64,000 nucleotides of DNA from the IMG/VR virus record IMGVR_UViG_3300010338_000575, one strand, 5' to 3'. The notes beneath the pieces are model-generated. The model was not told where the DNA came from and did not search any database. It saw only the letters and a program-made list of their open reading frames with translations. Positions 1 to 10,189 of the stretch are shown here, in pieces. The stretch is from a virus. Its lineage: Duplodnaviria; Caudoviricetes. Numbering within the stretch: the first letter of the stretch is position 1; each line of letters starts with the position of its first letter. Both the position numbers and the translations under genes were made by a program.

Positions 1-1
1 A

Positions 2-1375
2 GAATTTAAATATGATAAAAATGGTTATTTTGGTGATATAAACTATAATATTAAAAATAGATTGGTATGGGGTAGAGATGGTGTTATTAGTGGTTTTGAA
101 TTGACTTCAAAAACAAAAAATTTACGTGGTGATTACGTTGAAGATGAATATCAAAATGATGAATCTGATATTATTAATAATTTTAATATAAAAAGGGGGT
201 TATTAGAATATACAAGAAGTTTAGTTAATGCAACATCGGGTCAGTATATTGATATGACTAAAAAAGTGTTTGTTGAAGGTGATAAGGTTGTAGGTTTTAA
301 TGGTTCGTTATTATTTAAATCAAATGATAGTGAATATGCGAAAGAAAGTGGATGGTCTGGTAAAACTGGTGTTCGTCAACATACAATAATTGATCAGTAT
401 GATAGATATGCTAAGGTAATTAGATTTAATGGTAATAAAATTTATGGTGGTAATGAAAATTCGATTATTTTTAATTCAGTAATACCAAAAATACATCCTA
501 AAAAAAATAATGATAATAAATATGATGTGAGAAATTTAATGTTTAGTATTGAAAACCTTGCAATTAAAGTTAATAATGATGGTGTTATTGATGGTGATAC
601 TAATTCAAAAATACCTTTAAATGAAGTTGGTGCATTTGGTGGTAGGATTATGTGGTTTCCGCCGTATGGATTGTCATTTAATGAAACATTGAGTGCAAAA
701 TTTGATACAACAACATTATTAGGTAGAAATGAACCATTATATAATTATATGAATTCGGAAAGAAGCATGACAATTAATTTTATTATGATTGCTGATTATC
801 CTATGAATTTAAAAAACATTATTGATATAAAAAGTAACGATAATAAAAAAAGAATTGCAGAGTTTTTTGCGTTTGGTGGTAATAAAATTAATGAAAATAA
901 TAGTGATAATGATTTTAGTTTTATTGATTTTAATGATAAATTTTTATCATCATCTGATTATTTCATAAAAAATGTGTATCAACCTGCATTACATTCAATG
1001 ACACCTGAAGATTTACACAGACGTTTAACATTTTTAAACCAATGTACTAGACAAGGTACTGCTGTAAGAACAAGATCAGAAATTGATAATGTGGGTATTG
1101 AAAGATATAAAAATTCTGTATTTGGTAGACAACCGATTTGTGTATTAAGAATTGGTGATTTTATATATTCCAAAATTATTGTTGATAACGTAAATTTTGA
1201 TTATCAAGATACTATTTGGGATTTAAATCCAGAAGGGATGGGTGTACAACCAATGATAGTTAAGGTTACTTTACAAGTTAAATTGATTGGTGGTCAATCA
1301 TTAAAAGGACCTGTTGATGTATTGCAAAATGCAGCATCGTTCAATTATTATGCAAATTCAACATTTTTTGAATAA
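2..1375 (+). CDS. Baseplate/tail-tube-initiator-like structural protein (5' partial)
   Basis: Frame is open from base 2 with no stop before the listed start at 62. Blocks GRIMWFPPY, GRNEP and VLRIGDF...WDLNPEG resemble large-myophage baseplate hub proteins; next gene is LysM/gp53-like. Confidence 0.55.
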   Translation, partial: EFKYDKNGYFGDINYNIKNRLVWGRDGVISGFELTSKTKNLRGDYVEDEYQNDESDIINNFNIKRGLLEYTRSLVNATSGQYIDMTKKVFVEGDKVVGFNGSLLFKSNDSEYAKESGWSGKTGVRQHTIIDQYDRYAKVIRFNGNKIYGGNENSIIFNSVIPKIHPKKNNDNKYDVRNLMFSIENLAIKVNNDGVIDGDTNSKIPLNEVGAFGGRIMWFPPYGLSFNETLSAKFDTTTLLGRNEPLYNYMNSERSMTINFIMIADYPMNLKNIIDIKSNDNKKRIAEFFAFGGNKINENNSDNDFSFIDFNDKFLSSSDYFIKNVYQPALHSMTPEDLHRRLTFLNQCTRQGTAVRTRSEIDNVGIERYKNSVFGRQPICVLRIGDFIYSKIIVDNVNFDYQDTIWDLNPEGMGVQPMIVKVTLQVKLIGGQSLKGPVDVLQNAASFNYYANSTFFE

Positions 1376-1399
1376 AATATAAAACAAAAATAATACTAT

Positions 1400-1708
1400 A
1401 TGCCATATATTGATTATAATAGATACGCACAATTAAAAAACGATGATGGTAGTTATAATATAATGCCATTTGTTAAATTACCAGTTAATGAAACTGATAA
1501 ATATGAATATTGGTCGGCAAATACAAGTCGATTAGATAAATTATCTTTTAAATATTATGGAAATCCATTTTATGATTTTCTGATTTTATATGCAAATAGT
1601 CAATATGTTTCAGAATTTGATATACCAGATGGTGAAATTATTAGAATACCGTTCCCATTATCGTTAGCGATTTCACAATATGAATCAATAGTATCTATAA
1701 ACAAATAA
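1400..1708 (+). CDS. LysM/gp53-like baseplate wedge protein
   Basis: RLDKLSFKYYGNP..ILYAN..IPDGEIIRIP pattern typical of phage baseplate LysM proteins. Confidence 0.7.
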   Translation: MPYIDYNRYAQLKNDDGSYNIMPFVKLPVNETDKYEYWSANTSRLDKLSFKYYGNPFYDFLILYANSQYVSEFDIPDGEIIRIPFPLSLAISQYESIVSINK

Positions 1709-1739
1709 AAAAGTCTTGTTTTTTATAAAAAAAAAAACA

Positions 1740-1747
1740 TATATTTG
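1740..1747 (+). promoter_or_regulatory. Bacteroidota-type -7 promoter element (TAnnTTTG)
   Basis: TATATTTG with TTG about 22 nt upstream, just before the glycosyltransferase operon. Same motif at 12281, 14278, 17934, 40444 and 58406. Confidence 0.65.
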
Positions 1748-1766
1748 CGATTATCTAAAATAAGAA

Positions 1767-3074
1767 ATGAAGAAAGATACTATTATTGTTGTATTTTCAT
1801 CACATTTATCAGATGATGAAAATAATAGATTTATTGAACATATAAGCAAAACGATTGGTGTAAATCATTCAGTGTTTTGTTATAAAAATTTTAATCAATA
1901 TTCATTATCTGAAATTTATAATAGAGCAATTAAAGAACATTATAAACCAAATTCAATAATGGTTTTTTGTCACAATGATATTGTGATTAAAACAAATAAT
2001 TGGGGTAGGTTGTTATTAACAAAGTTCAATAATTCGGATTTTTCAATAATCGGTGTTGCTGGTACTACATATTTACATGATAATGGTGTTTGGTGGCATG
2101 ATAGGTCTAAAATGTTTGGTGTTGTTGAGCATACAGATGGATATAATGTGTGGGTTAATGAATATGCATCACCAAAAGTGGGATATACAAAACCTGTTAT
2201 TGTAATTGATGGGTTATTTATGGCGGTTGATTGTACCAACATAATGCATTTATTTGATGAAAATTTTAAAGGGTTTCATTTTTACGATTTGGGTTTTTGT
2301 TTTCCAAATTATTTGGATGGTGTTAATATTGGTGTAACTAACGATATTAGAATATTACATAAATCAATTGGTATAACAAATCAAGAATGGGAAGAAAACA
2401 GACAATTATTTATAAAAAAATATGATTGTGATTTACCTGAATTATACACACAATATTATAATTATGATATATTGGTTAATATTCTTACTAGGACACATAA
2501 TAGACCCAAACATTTTAAGGTGTGTAGGGAGTCAATTTTAAATCAAACGTATAAGAAAATAAATCATATTGTTGGTAGTGATGTTGATTGTGATTACTAC
2601 GATAAAGCGATTAGATTAACAATAAATGATGTACAATATCCACAATTAATGCCTGAATATAATACATATCCAGCACCTTGGAATTTACATTTAAATGAAT
2701 TAGCAAAATATGTTAAAGATGGTTGGGTGATGTATTTAGATGATGATGATAAATTTGTACATAAAAATGCTTTAAAAATTATTGTTAATAATATTGATAG
2801 TGAAAATGAATTGATTGTTTGGAGAGTAAAAATAAATATAAATGAGCAAGGTTGGATTGTTCCAAGTGACAGTGCTTTTAGTAAAAAAATTGAAGCAGGT
2901 AATGTTTCTGGTATTGGTTTTATGTTTCATTCTAAATATTTACCAGTAGATTGGGGTAGTTGGAGTTATGGTGATTATAGGGTATGTATGCAATTATTAA
3001 ATAAGGGTTTAAAATTAAAATGGATTGATTTAGTATTAACGGAAACACAAGATAAACCAAAAAACGGAAAATAG
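1767..3074 (+). CDS. Two-domain GT-A (GT2-like) glycosyltransferase
   Basis: N-terminal FCHND...IDGLFM...FHFYD and C-terminal LTRTHNRP...YLDDDD motifs. Confidence 0.8.
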   Translation: MKKDTIIVVFSSHLSDDENNRFIEHISKTIGVNHSVFCYKNFNQYSLSEIYNRAIKEHYKPNSIMVFCHNDIVIKTNNWGRLLLTKFNNSDFSIIGVAGTTYLHDNGVWWHDRSKMFGVVEHTDGYNVWVNEYASPKVGYTKPVIVIDGLFMAVDCTNIMHLFDENFKGFHFYDLGFCFPNYLDGVNIGVTNDIRILHKSIGITNQEWEENRQLFIKKYDCDLPELYTQYYNYDILVNILTRTHNRPKHFKVCRESILNQTYKKINHIVGSDVDCDYYDKAIRLTINDVQYPQLMPEYNTYPAPWNLHLNELAKYVKDGWVMYLDDDDKFVHKNALKIIVNNIDSENELIVWRVKININEQGWIVPSDSAFSKKIEAGNVSGIGFMFHSKYLPVDWGSWSYGDYRVCMQLLNKGLKLKWIDLVLTETQDKPKNGK

Positions 3075-3113
3075 TGTAATAATATTAATAAAACACACAA
3101 AATTAACTAAACA

Positions 3114-3839
3114 ATGGAAAATAGTGTTGATAAAAAGGTTGATGTGTATATGGCAACATTATGGCGACAAGGTCATGCCGTTGTTGCAATTAATTCGCTA
3201 AGAAGTCAACCAGAATTTGGTACAGCAACAATTACGTGTAATAATTGGACTGATGAGCAATGGGAATATATTAATAAAGAATTGGGCGATGATATGCGAA
3301 TTAAATTATATAGGGGTAATAATGAAAAGGGTAGTAATGAAAAATTAAAATATATTGCTCATGGTAATAATTATTATATTGCGTTGGCTGATGATGATTT
3401 AATATATCCACACGATTATTTAGGTAAATTAATTAATGGTTGTGAGAAATATAATGCACATGTTTCATTACATGGTGTTGTATTATTGAAAGGTATTATT
3501 AATAGTTATTATAGAGATAGAATTGTTTATAGGGCGTTAGGTACTGTTTTATTGGATCAAGAAGTCGATATTGTTAGTAATTGTGGTAGTTTATTTAAGC
3601 GTAATTTTTATAATGATTTAGATAAATGGTATGATTACTGTGGTAATGTATCAATGGATGATTTATATGTTAATTATTTTGCGAAAAAAAATGGGATAAA
3701 ACGGTATGTTTTGTCACATGTTGAAGGGTATTTAAAACACAAAAAACAATATCCTGAAGATAATTATGTTTTTGATAAACACAAAAACGATGATAGTGTG
3801 CAAACTAATTTTATTAATAACGTATTTTTAAAGGTGTGA
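3114..3839 (+). CDS. GT-A fold glycosyltransferase
   Basis: ALADDDLIYP DxD motif; MDDL motif. Confidence 0.7.
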   Translation: MENSVDKKVDVYMATLWRQGHAVVAINSLRSQPEFGTATITCNNWTDEQWEYINKELGDDMRIKLYRGNNEKGSNEKLKYIAHGNNYYIALADDDLIYPHDYLGKLINGCEKYNAHVSLHGVVLLKGIINSYYRDRIVYRALGTVLLDQEVDIVSNCGSLFKRNFYNDLDKWYDYCGNVSMDDLYVNYFAKKNGIKRYVLSHVEGYLKHKKQYPEDNYVFDKHKNDDSVQTNFINNVFLKV

Positions 3840-4456
3840 TTGATAATAATAGTACTGATGGTACAACACAATGGTTAAAATCTATTGTAGTTGATGGATA
3901 TTATAAAATAAAGCCAATTTTTTTAGATTATAATTCAGGTGATTTTGGTGGGACTAAATTGGGTTATGAAAATTTGGATGATGATTGTGTTTATACTATG
4001 CAATGGGATAATGATCGTCCACCAATAACAGAAAATTTTTTGGATAAAATTGTGAATATAATGGATGCCTTTCGAAATATTGGTCAATTAATGTTAAAAA
4101 GAACGGGTGTTGGTAATATAATTCAACCAATAAATATTCAAGAATATAATGGTGTTTTTTTTGGTGATGTTAATACGGTAACTTGTGTTAATATACAGAG
4201 AAGAAAAGTAATTGATGATATTAATTATTGGGTTTGTGATGAATCTGTTTATTGGGATTTTATGATAAATCAAGAAATGCTTAAACGTGGTTATCAATTA
4301 AAAAAGTGTTTAAATGTAATTGTGTCGCATATTGATGTGTTTCCAGAATTAAATTTTAATTTACAAAAATTAAAATTTCCAAATTATTTTAATAATAAAA
4401 GTAAGATTAACTACACCGAGATTGATTATAATTGTGATAATAATGAGAAAAAATAA
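3836..4456 (+). CDS. GT2 glycosyltransferase, probably N-terminally truncated
   Basis: Starts directly at IDNNSTDGT, normally about 30 residues into a GT2 domain; WDND DxD motif; in-frame stop at 3818-3820. Confidence 0.55.
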   Translation: MIDNNSTDGTTQWLKSIVVDGYYKIKPIFLDYNSGDFGGTKLGYENLDDDCVYTMQWDNDRPPITENFLDKIVNIMDAFRNIGQLMLKRTGVGNIIQPINIQEYNGVFFGDVNTVTCVNIQRRKVIDDINYWVCDESVYWDFMINQEMLKRGYQLKKCLNVIVSHIDVFPELNFNLQKLKFPNYFNNKSKINYTEIDYNCDNNEKK

Positions 4457-5306
4457 AAACAATATTAAGAGAATAATAAAAAAAAGGATTAATATTATTA
4501 ATTCTAATAATATTTTTATTGAAAATAATATTAATGACAATAAAATATATATTAACCAAAAAAACATTAATGATAATTTAATAGTCAATGATGTTGATGT
4601 TAACAATATTAGTAATACATATGATTATGCTTATATTTTTAATAACAAAAAACATAATACAGAATTAAAAACATTGGTGTTAATCTCAAATTATATGAGA
4701 ATTGACATGTTGACTATGATATTAAATGAAATAAAAGAATATAATAATATTGATTATTATATATTTGATGATAGGTCAGATTATGTTTTGGATGATAATC
4801 GTTTTATTGTGAATAGTGAGCATAGAGGTAAACATCAATATTGGAAAACATTTGATGAGATGTTTAAAATGTGTGAAAAATCGAATTATGATGTGTATTG
4901 TTTCATTCCAAATGATTTTTTAAATATTAATTTTAGTAGAATATTTAAATACGCATCATTATTGTCAGAGTATTATTATGTTTTTAATATTATTAATGAT
5001 GGTAGGTTAGAATCGTGGACAGGAAAAAAATCATATAAAATTTCAGATGATATTTATATATCATTTTTTACTGATTGTGGTTTTTTTACAAATAGAAAAA
5101 CATTAGAAAAATTAAAATTTACAATATTTCCAATAAAAATAAAAAATGATAAAATGAGTTCAGGTGTTGGTAGACAATTGTCAATAAGATTGCGTGATTT
5201 AAAAATACCAATATTTACACCAATAAGAAGCATGGCATTTCATGGTGATCATGAATCTTTAATGAATGGTGTTGAAAGAAAAAATAATAAATTAATATCA
5301 AAATAA
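4422..5306 (+). CDS. GT-A-like glycosyltransferase
   Basis: ISNYMR..IFDDRS..IPNDF motifs; low-complexity Asn/Ile N-terminus, so the true start is uncertain. Confidence 0.55.
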   Translation: MIIIVIIMRKNKNNIKRIIKKRINIINSNNIFIENNINDNKIYINQKNINDNLIVNDVDVNNISNTYDYAYIFNNKKHNTELKTLVLISNYMRIDMLTMILNEIKEYNNIDYYIFDDRSDYVLDDNRFIVNSEHRGKHQYWKTFDEMFKMCEKSNYDVYCFIPNDFLNINFSRIFKYASLLSEYYYVFNIINDGRLESWTGKKSYKISDDIYISFFTDCGFFTNRKTLEKLKFTIFPIKIKNDKMSSGVGRQLSIRLRDLKIPIFTPIRSMAFHGDHESLMNGVERKNNKLISK

Positions 5307-5309
5307 TAT

Positions 5310-6128
5310 TTGATTATGTCTATTATTGATTTTTTTAAGAAAAAAAAGAAAAAAGTTTTGGTTATTGGTGATAGTTGTATTGATATTTTTTGGTATGGTA
5401 GATGTGATAAATTATCACCAGAAGCACCGACACCAATATTTATACCTGAGTATAAATTAAATAATATGGGTATGTGTTATAATGTTTATAATAATTTAGT
5501 TGCATTAAACGTTGATGTTGATATTATTACAAACACAAAATATCCAATTAAAACTAGATATGTTGATGAAAAAAGTACCTATACGTTATTAAGAGTAGAT
5601 GAGAATGATTATGTTGATAATGTTGAAAAATCTATATTAGATAGTATTGATTATGAAAAATATGATGCTGTTGTTATTTCTGATTATAATAAAGGTTTTT
5701 TAACTGAAGATAATATTAGACTAATTTCAAATAATCATCCACTAACATTTTTAGATACAAAAAAAGAAATGGGTTCTTGGTGTGATAATATTAAATTTAT
5801 TAAAGTTAATGAAAGGGAATATAACAAAAACATTTATTATCTTGAAAATATACATCAACATGATTCAATAATAACATTAGGTAAAAAAGGTGCTATGTTA
5901 CTTTCAAAAAAAATGGGTGTTTTACAAAAAAAATATTTTTTAAATGATAATGTAGTTAATGTTATTGATATTTCTGGTGCTGGTGATACGTTTTTAGCGT
6001 CATTGGTTTATAGTTATTTGATTGATAAAAATATCAGTAAGTCTATTTATTTTGCAAATAAATGTTCATCTTGGGTTGTTACTCAAAAAGGTGTTAGTGT
6101 TATTGATTTAAAACAAGTAAAATTATGA
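5310..6128 (+). CDS. hldA: Heptose-7-phosphate kinase (HldE/RfaE kinase domain, PfkB family)
   Basis: VLVIGDSCID..G..KLSPEAPTP, ISDYNKG and DISGAGDTF motifs. Confidence 0.85.
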   Translation: MIMSIIDFFKKKKKKVLVIGDSCIDIFWYGRCDKLSPEAPTPIFIPEYKLNNMGMCYNVYNNLVALNVDVDIITNTKYPIKTRYVDEKSTYTLLRVDENDYVDNVEKSILDSIDYEKYDAVVISDYNKGFLTEDNIRLISNNHPLTFLDTKKEMGSWCDNIKFIKVNEREYNKNIYYLENIHQHDSIITLGKKGAMLLSKKMGVLQKKYFLNDNVVNVIDISGAGDTFLASLVYSYLIDKNISKSIYFANKCSSWVVTQKGVSVIDLKQVKL

Positions 6129-6511
6129 TAAAAATTAAAAAAACAACAGATAGTAATAATATTATATCTAAAGGATGGGGTGAAGAAATAATAATCCATA
6201 ATGATAACGAATATTGTGGCAAGTTGTTGAGATTTATTGAAGGTTGTAAATTTAGTTTACATTATCACGTAAAAAAAAGTGAAACGTGGTATGTGAATAA
6301 AGGTGAATTTATATTAATTTATATTGATACGAATAGTGCGGTTAAACACGAGTTAAGAATTGGTGTTGGTGATATTATTCATATTGAACGAAACACACCA
6401 CATCAATTAATGGCAATAACTGACGGTGAAATTTTTGAAGTAAGTACACCACATTTTGATGATGATAGTTATAGGATTGAAGCGGGTGATAGTCAAATAA
6501 AAAACAATTGA
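6125..6511 (+). CDS. Cupin sugar isomerase-like protein (mannose-6-phosphate isomerase type)
   Basis: KGWGEE, SLHYHVKKSETWYV, PHQL and EVST..DDSYR cupin motifs. Confidence 0.75.
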   Translation: MIKIKKTTDSNNIISKGWGEEIIIHNDNEYCGKLLRFIEGCKFSLHYHVKKSETWYVNKGEFILIYIDTNSAVKHELRIGVGDIIHIERNTPHQLMAITDGEIFEVSTPHFDDDSYRIEAGDSQIKNN

Positions 6512-6514
6512 GAT

Positions 6515-6802
6515 ATGTTAATATATGTTGATATTGATGGGACTATTTGTGATAGTAGTAATGGTTATGAAAATGCAATACCAATTAAGAAAAACATTGA
6601 TAAAATTAATAAATTGTATGATAATGGTAATGTTATTGTATATTGGACATCAAGAGGTAGAAAAACTGGTATTGATTGGAGTGAATTAACAAAAAAGCAA
6701 CTATTGGATTGGGGGTGTTTATATCACGAATTGTCGATGAATGATAAACCATCATATGATCTTTTAATAGATGATAAAGCAATAAATATTGATAATTTAT
6801 GA
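6515..6802 (+). CDS. Small HAD phosphatase
   Basis: DIDGT, WTSRG and KP..DLLIDDK HAD motifs I-IV. Confidence 0.8.
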   Translation: MLIYVDIDGTICDSSNGYENAIPIKKNIDKINKLYDNGNVIVYWTSRGRKTGIDWSELTKKQLLDWGCLYHELSMNDKPSYDLLIDDKAINIDNL

Positions 6803-7233
6803 ATATATGGGTTAATGGTTGTTTTGATATATTACATACTGGTCATATTGACTTGTTATGGTTTGCCAAACTATATAAAACCAATGAAACAAATGAATTA
6901 GATATATTCAGTCAAAACAGATTGATTGTTGGTTTGGATTCGGATAATCGTATTAAACAGTATAAAGGAAATGGTAGACCAATTAATGATGCGATGACTA
7001 GATTAAAGATTATGTCGAATTTAAAAATGGTTGATAATGTTGTTATTTTTAATAATGATAGTGAATTAGAAAAATATATAACGTTGTTTGATATTGATTA
7101 TATTATAGTTGGTGAGGAGTATAGAAATAAAAGAGTTGTTGGTAGTGATTTTGTAAAAATCGGTGTTGATTACTATCCAATAGTAAACGGGTTATCAACA
7201 ACAAATATTATTAATAAAATAAAAACACTATGA
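6799..7233 (+). CDS. hldC: Heptose-1-phosphate nucleotidyltransferase (HldE/RfaE domain II)
   Basis: NGCFDILHTGH, LIVGLDSD, KG.GRPIN and STT motifs. Confidence 0.8.
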   Translation: MNIWVNGCFDILHTGHIDLLWFAKLYKTNETNELDIFSQNRLIVGLDSDNRIKQYKGNGRPINDAMTRLKIMSNLKMVDNVVIFNNDSELEKYITLFDIDYIIVGEEYRNKRVVGSDFVKIGVDYYPIVNGLSTTNIINKIKTL

Positions 7234-8138
7234 TTGTTGTTACGGGCGGTTTAGGTTTTATTGGGCAAAATTTAGTGAATAAATTAAAGCGAACAACAAA
7301 TGATGATATTGTTGTTTTAGATATAGTTATTAATGATATAAATACCATTGAAAAATGGTTGTTTAATAATGCAAATAAAATTAAAGGTATTTATCATTTA
7401 GGTGCAATTACGGATACAACATTATCAGATGAAAAACTGTTTAATACATATAATTATAATGCCAGTAAATTTATTTGGAATTTATGTGCTGAATTCGATA
7501 TTCCATTAGTTTATGCAAGTTCTGCAGCAACATATGGGGATGGTAGTGCTGGTTTTGATGATGAAAAACCAATTGATAATTTAGTTCCGTTAAATTTATA
7601 TGGTTGGTCTAAGCAAAAATTTGATATATGGGCTATTAGCAATAAAATCAAACCCAAACATTGGTATGGATTAAAATTTTTCAATGTTTATGGTTATGGT
7701 GAATCACATAAGGGTAGAATGGCTTCTGTGGTATATCAAGCATATAATCAAATAAAAAATACTGGTACTGTTAGTTTATTTAAATCGTATAATAATGATT
7801 ATGGTGATGGTATGCAACTTAGAGATTTTATATTTGTTGAAGATGTTGTAGATGTTTGTATGTTTTTCATGAATAAACTATCTGATAGTGGAATTTATAA
7901 TGTTGGTACTGGTAAATCAAGAAGTTTTAATGATTTAGTAAAAATTATTTTTAATTATCTTGATTTACCAAAAAATATTACATATATTGACATGCCAATT
8001 GAAATTAGGAATTCATATCAATACTATACTGAGGCTAAAATCGATAAATTGAGAAATGTTGGATTTTTAAATAATTTTTACGAATTAGAAGAAGGTGTAA
8101 TTAAATATTTAAATAATTTAATATATGAAAATCGGTAA
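7230..8138 (+). CDS. hldD: ADP-L-glycero-D-manno-heptose 6-epimerase
   Basis: TGGLGFIG, YASSAATYG, PLNLYGWSK, FFNVYG.GE.HKGRMASV and YQYYTEA motifs. Confidence 0.9.
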   Translation: MIVVTGGLGFIGQNLVNKLKRTTNDDIVVLDIVINDINTIEKWLFNNANKIKGIYHLGAITDTTLSDEKLFNTYNYNASKFIWNLCAEFDIPLVYASSAATYGDGSAGFDDEKPIDNLVPLNLYGWSKQKFDIWAISNKIKPKHWYGLKFFNVYGYGESHKGRMASVVYQAYNQIKNTGTVSLFKSYNNDYGDGMQLRDFIFVEDVVDVCMFFMNKLSDSGIYNVGTGKSRSFNDLVKIIFNYLDLPKNITYIDMPIEIRNSYQYYTEAKIDKLRNVGFLNNFYELEEGVIKYLNNLIYENR

Positions 8139-8760
8139 TATTATATTTGAAAACGAGTTAATTAATCACACAGAAGTTGATTATATTAATTATATTAATA
8201 AACCGATGGAATATGATTTGATTGATAAATCAAAACCAACATTATATGTCGGTTGGAATTTTATGAAATCATGTAATCCTAATAATGAAATTATTCAAAA
8301 TGCCGATATATTAAAAAAGAAAATTATAACAAATGAATTATATTGGGAATTTAGTTTTGTTGAAAACAAATCATCACACGTAAGAGGTGTAGAAAATTTT
8401 ATTAATAATGTTCCAAAACTATACTTCACATCTAAATTTAGATATACTAATTTAGATCCAATATTTTTTTCTGTTAATGATATTAATGAGTTGTGTGTTA
8501 TTTTAACACCCAAAAAAATAGTAAAATGTTATAATTATAAAAATGAGATGTTATATTTATTATATGGTAACGATATAATTGGAATTGATTTAAGAGTGTA
8601 TGGTTATTTTGATTTTAACATACCACAAATAATTGATTTAGTGAAGTCGAGTGCATTTGCATATTATGATGATTTATATGGTGATATATACATAAAATAT
8701 TATAAAATATTTCCCACCTTTTCAAATTTAAAAAGATATATTGTCACCTTGGTTGAATAG
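8125..8760 (+). CDS. Hypothetical protein
   Basis: 211-aa ORF overlapping the hldD stop. Confidence 0.6.
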   Translation: MKIGNIIFENELINHTEVDYINYINKPMEYDLIDKSKPTLYVGWNFMKSCNPNNEIIQNADILKKKIITNELYWEFSFVENKSSHVRGVENFINNVPKLYFTSKFRYTNLDPIFFSVNDINELCVILTPKKIVKCYNYKNEMLYLLYGNDIIGIDLRVYGYFDFNIPQIIDLVKSSAFAYYDDLYGDIYIKYYKIFPTFSNLKRYIVTLVE

Positions 8761-8822
8761 TATTTGGTATTGTTCGTGATTTTTTTATTTGTTTATAGTA
8801 TTTATATTAAATTATAAATGCT

Positions 8823-9023
8823 ATGGAAAATAATATTAAAAAAATTCTTAATGATTTTGTTGACGATCAGAATGACAATTCAAATGTTCAAAACCCAAAT
8901 TCATCGCAACAATATAAAAATTATAAAAAGGTTGTTATGAATGAACGTGAGGGGCTTATTGAACGTGTTGATAAGATTTATGTAACAAATGACGGTCGAC
9001 AATTATTAAGAGAACAATACTAA
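8823..9023 (+). CDS. Hypothetical protein
   Basis: Preceded by the GTATTTAT motif at 8798. Confidence 0.6.
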   Translation: MENNIKKILNDFVDDQNDNSNVQNPNSSQQYKNYKKVVMNEREGLIERVDKIYVTNDGRQLLREQY

Positions 9024-9032
9024 TAAAAGCAT

Positions 9033-9701
9033 ATGAAAGCATTGGATAAAAATCTTTCGAATGGTGTTCAAAAGATTAAATATCTTATTGAATATAATAT
9101 AAACGAAACACCAAGATATCGTCCACTTATTAATGATGGTGATGTTTTTGATACAATTCCAGAAATAACTAATGAAGCGAATGATAGTGTGGCGACTAAT
9201 AATAGTGGTAATACGGCAAATAATGTTGGCGTACCAACACCCGCACCTAAACCATCATTTGATAATAATGTGGTAAATTCTGATGATAATGCTGCGCCAA
9301 ATGTGGACGATACTAATTCAAGCAATATGCATGTTGATGAAATTCAGAATGAGATAATAAAACATAATATAGAGGCGATGAAAAATATTCATAGTCAGTT
9401 AGAAAATTTAACGAAATTAGTAACTGATTTGAATACGAGGGTTGAAAAATTAAGTTCAGATGTTGATGAAGTTCGTGAACCTAGCAATGTCGAAAAATTA
9501 ATGAGTAAAAAAGTGGTTTCATATCCATATTATTTTAATTTGAATGATTATTGGAGTGATAATTGGTTTAAAAATAAGTATTCAAATAACGACAGTATTA
9601 AAAGACTGCCCGATGGTACTTATGTTGCAAATTTTGATGACTTACCATCAAAATCAAGTATTGATATAAATAAAAGTTTTGATAATATACAGGAATTTTA
9701 A
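9033..9701 (+). CDS. Hypothetical coiled-coil protein
   Basis: 222-aa ORF with a heptad-rich central region. Confidence 0.6.
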   Translation: MKALDKNLSNGVQKIKYLIEYNINETPRYRPLINDGDVFDTIPEITNEANDSVATNNSGNTANNVGVPTPAPKPSFDNNVVNSDDNAAPNVDDTNSSNMHVDEIQNEIIKHNIEAMKNIHSQLENLTKLVTDLNTRVEKLSSDVDEVREPSNVEKLMSKKVVSYPYYFNLNDYWSDNWFKNKYSNNDSIKRLPDGTYVANFDDLPSKSSIDINKSFDNIQEF

Positions 9702-9717
9702 ATAAGTTTTTTTCATT

Positions 9718-10164
9718 ATGAGAAGCATATATCCATATGGTACTAAAGAAAGACTTTTTGATTTAATGAAAAAAGTTAATAAGTTAGATGAATCGTATTT
9801 ACCTCATAATGAAAGATTAAATGTAATAAAGGATTTTATAAAATTTGTTGATGTTTTTTTAAATCTTAACAATAATTTACCTAAAATAACATTATCTAAT
9901 AAATCTAGTGATGCAGTTAATTTGCGCTCATTTGGTGGATATATTCCATCAAAAAAAGAAATTTATATTGTAATTGCAAATAGAAATCTTGCAGATATTC
10001 TTAGAACATTGGCACATGAATTAGTGCATTGGAAACAAGATTTAGAAGGAAGATTGAACGAAAATTCAGGACAGACTGGTAGTGATGAAGAAAATGAAGC
10101 GAATTCAATTGCAGGTATTGTTTTAAGAAATTATGGAAAAAAAAATCCAATTATATATGAATAA
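9718..10164 (+). CDS. Zincin-like metallopeptidase
   Basis: RTLAHELVH (HExxH) with a downstream ENEAN motif. Confidence 0.7.
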   Translation: MRSIYPYGTKERLFDLMKKVNKLDESYLPHNERLNVIKDFIKFVDVFLNLNNNLPKITLSNKSSDAVNLRSFGGYIPSKKEIYIVIANRNLADILRTLAHELVHWKQDLEGRLNENSGQTGSDEENEANSIAGIVLRNYGKKNPIIYE

Positions 10165-10189
10165 TATAATGATTTAAAATAAAATTATT

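Noticed and set aside
1767-8138. Bacterial LPS/capsule locus, implying a chromosomal origin
   Set aside because: Directly flanked by baseplate and T4-like replication genes, with no transporters or housekeeping genes; best read as phage-encoded.
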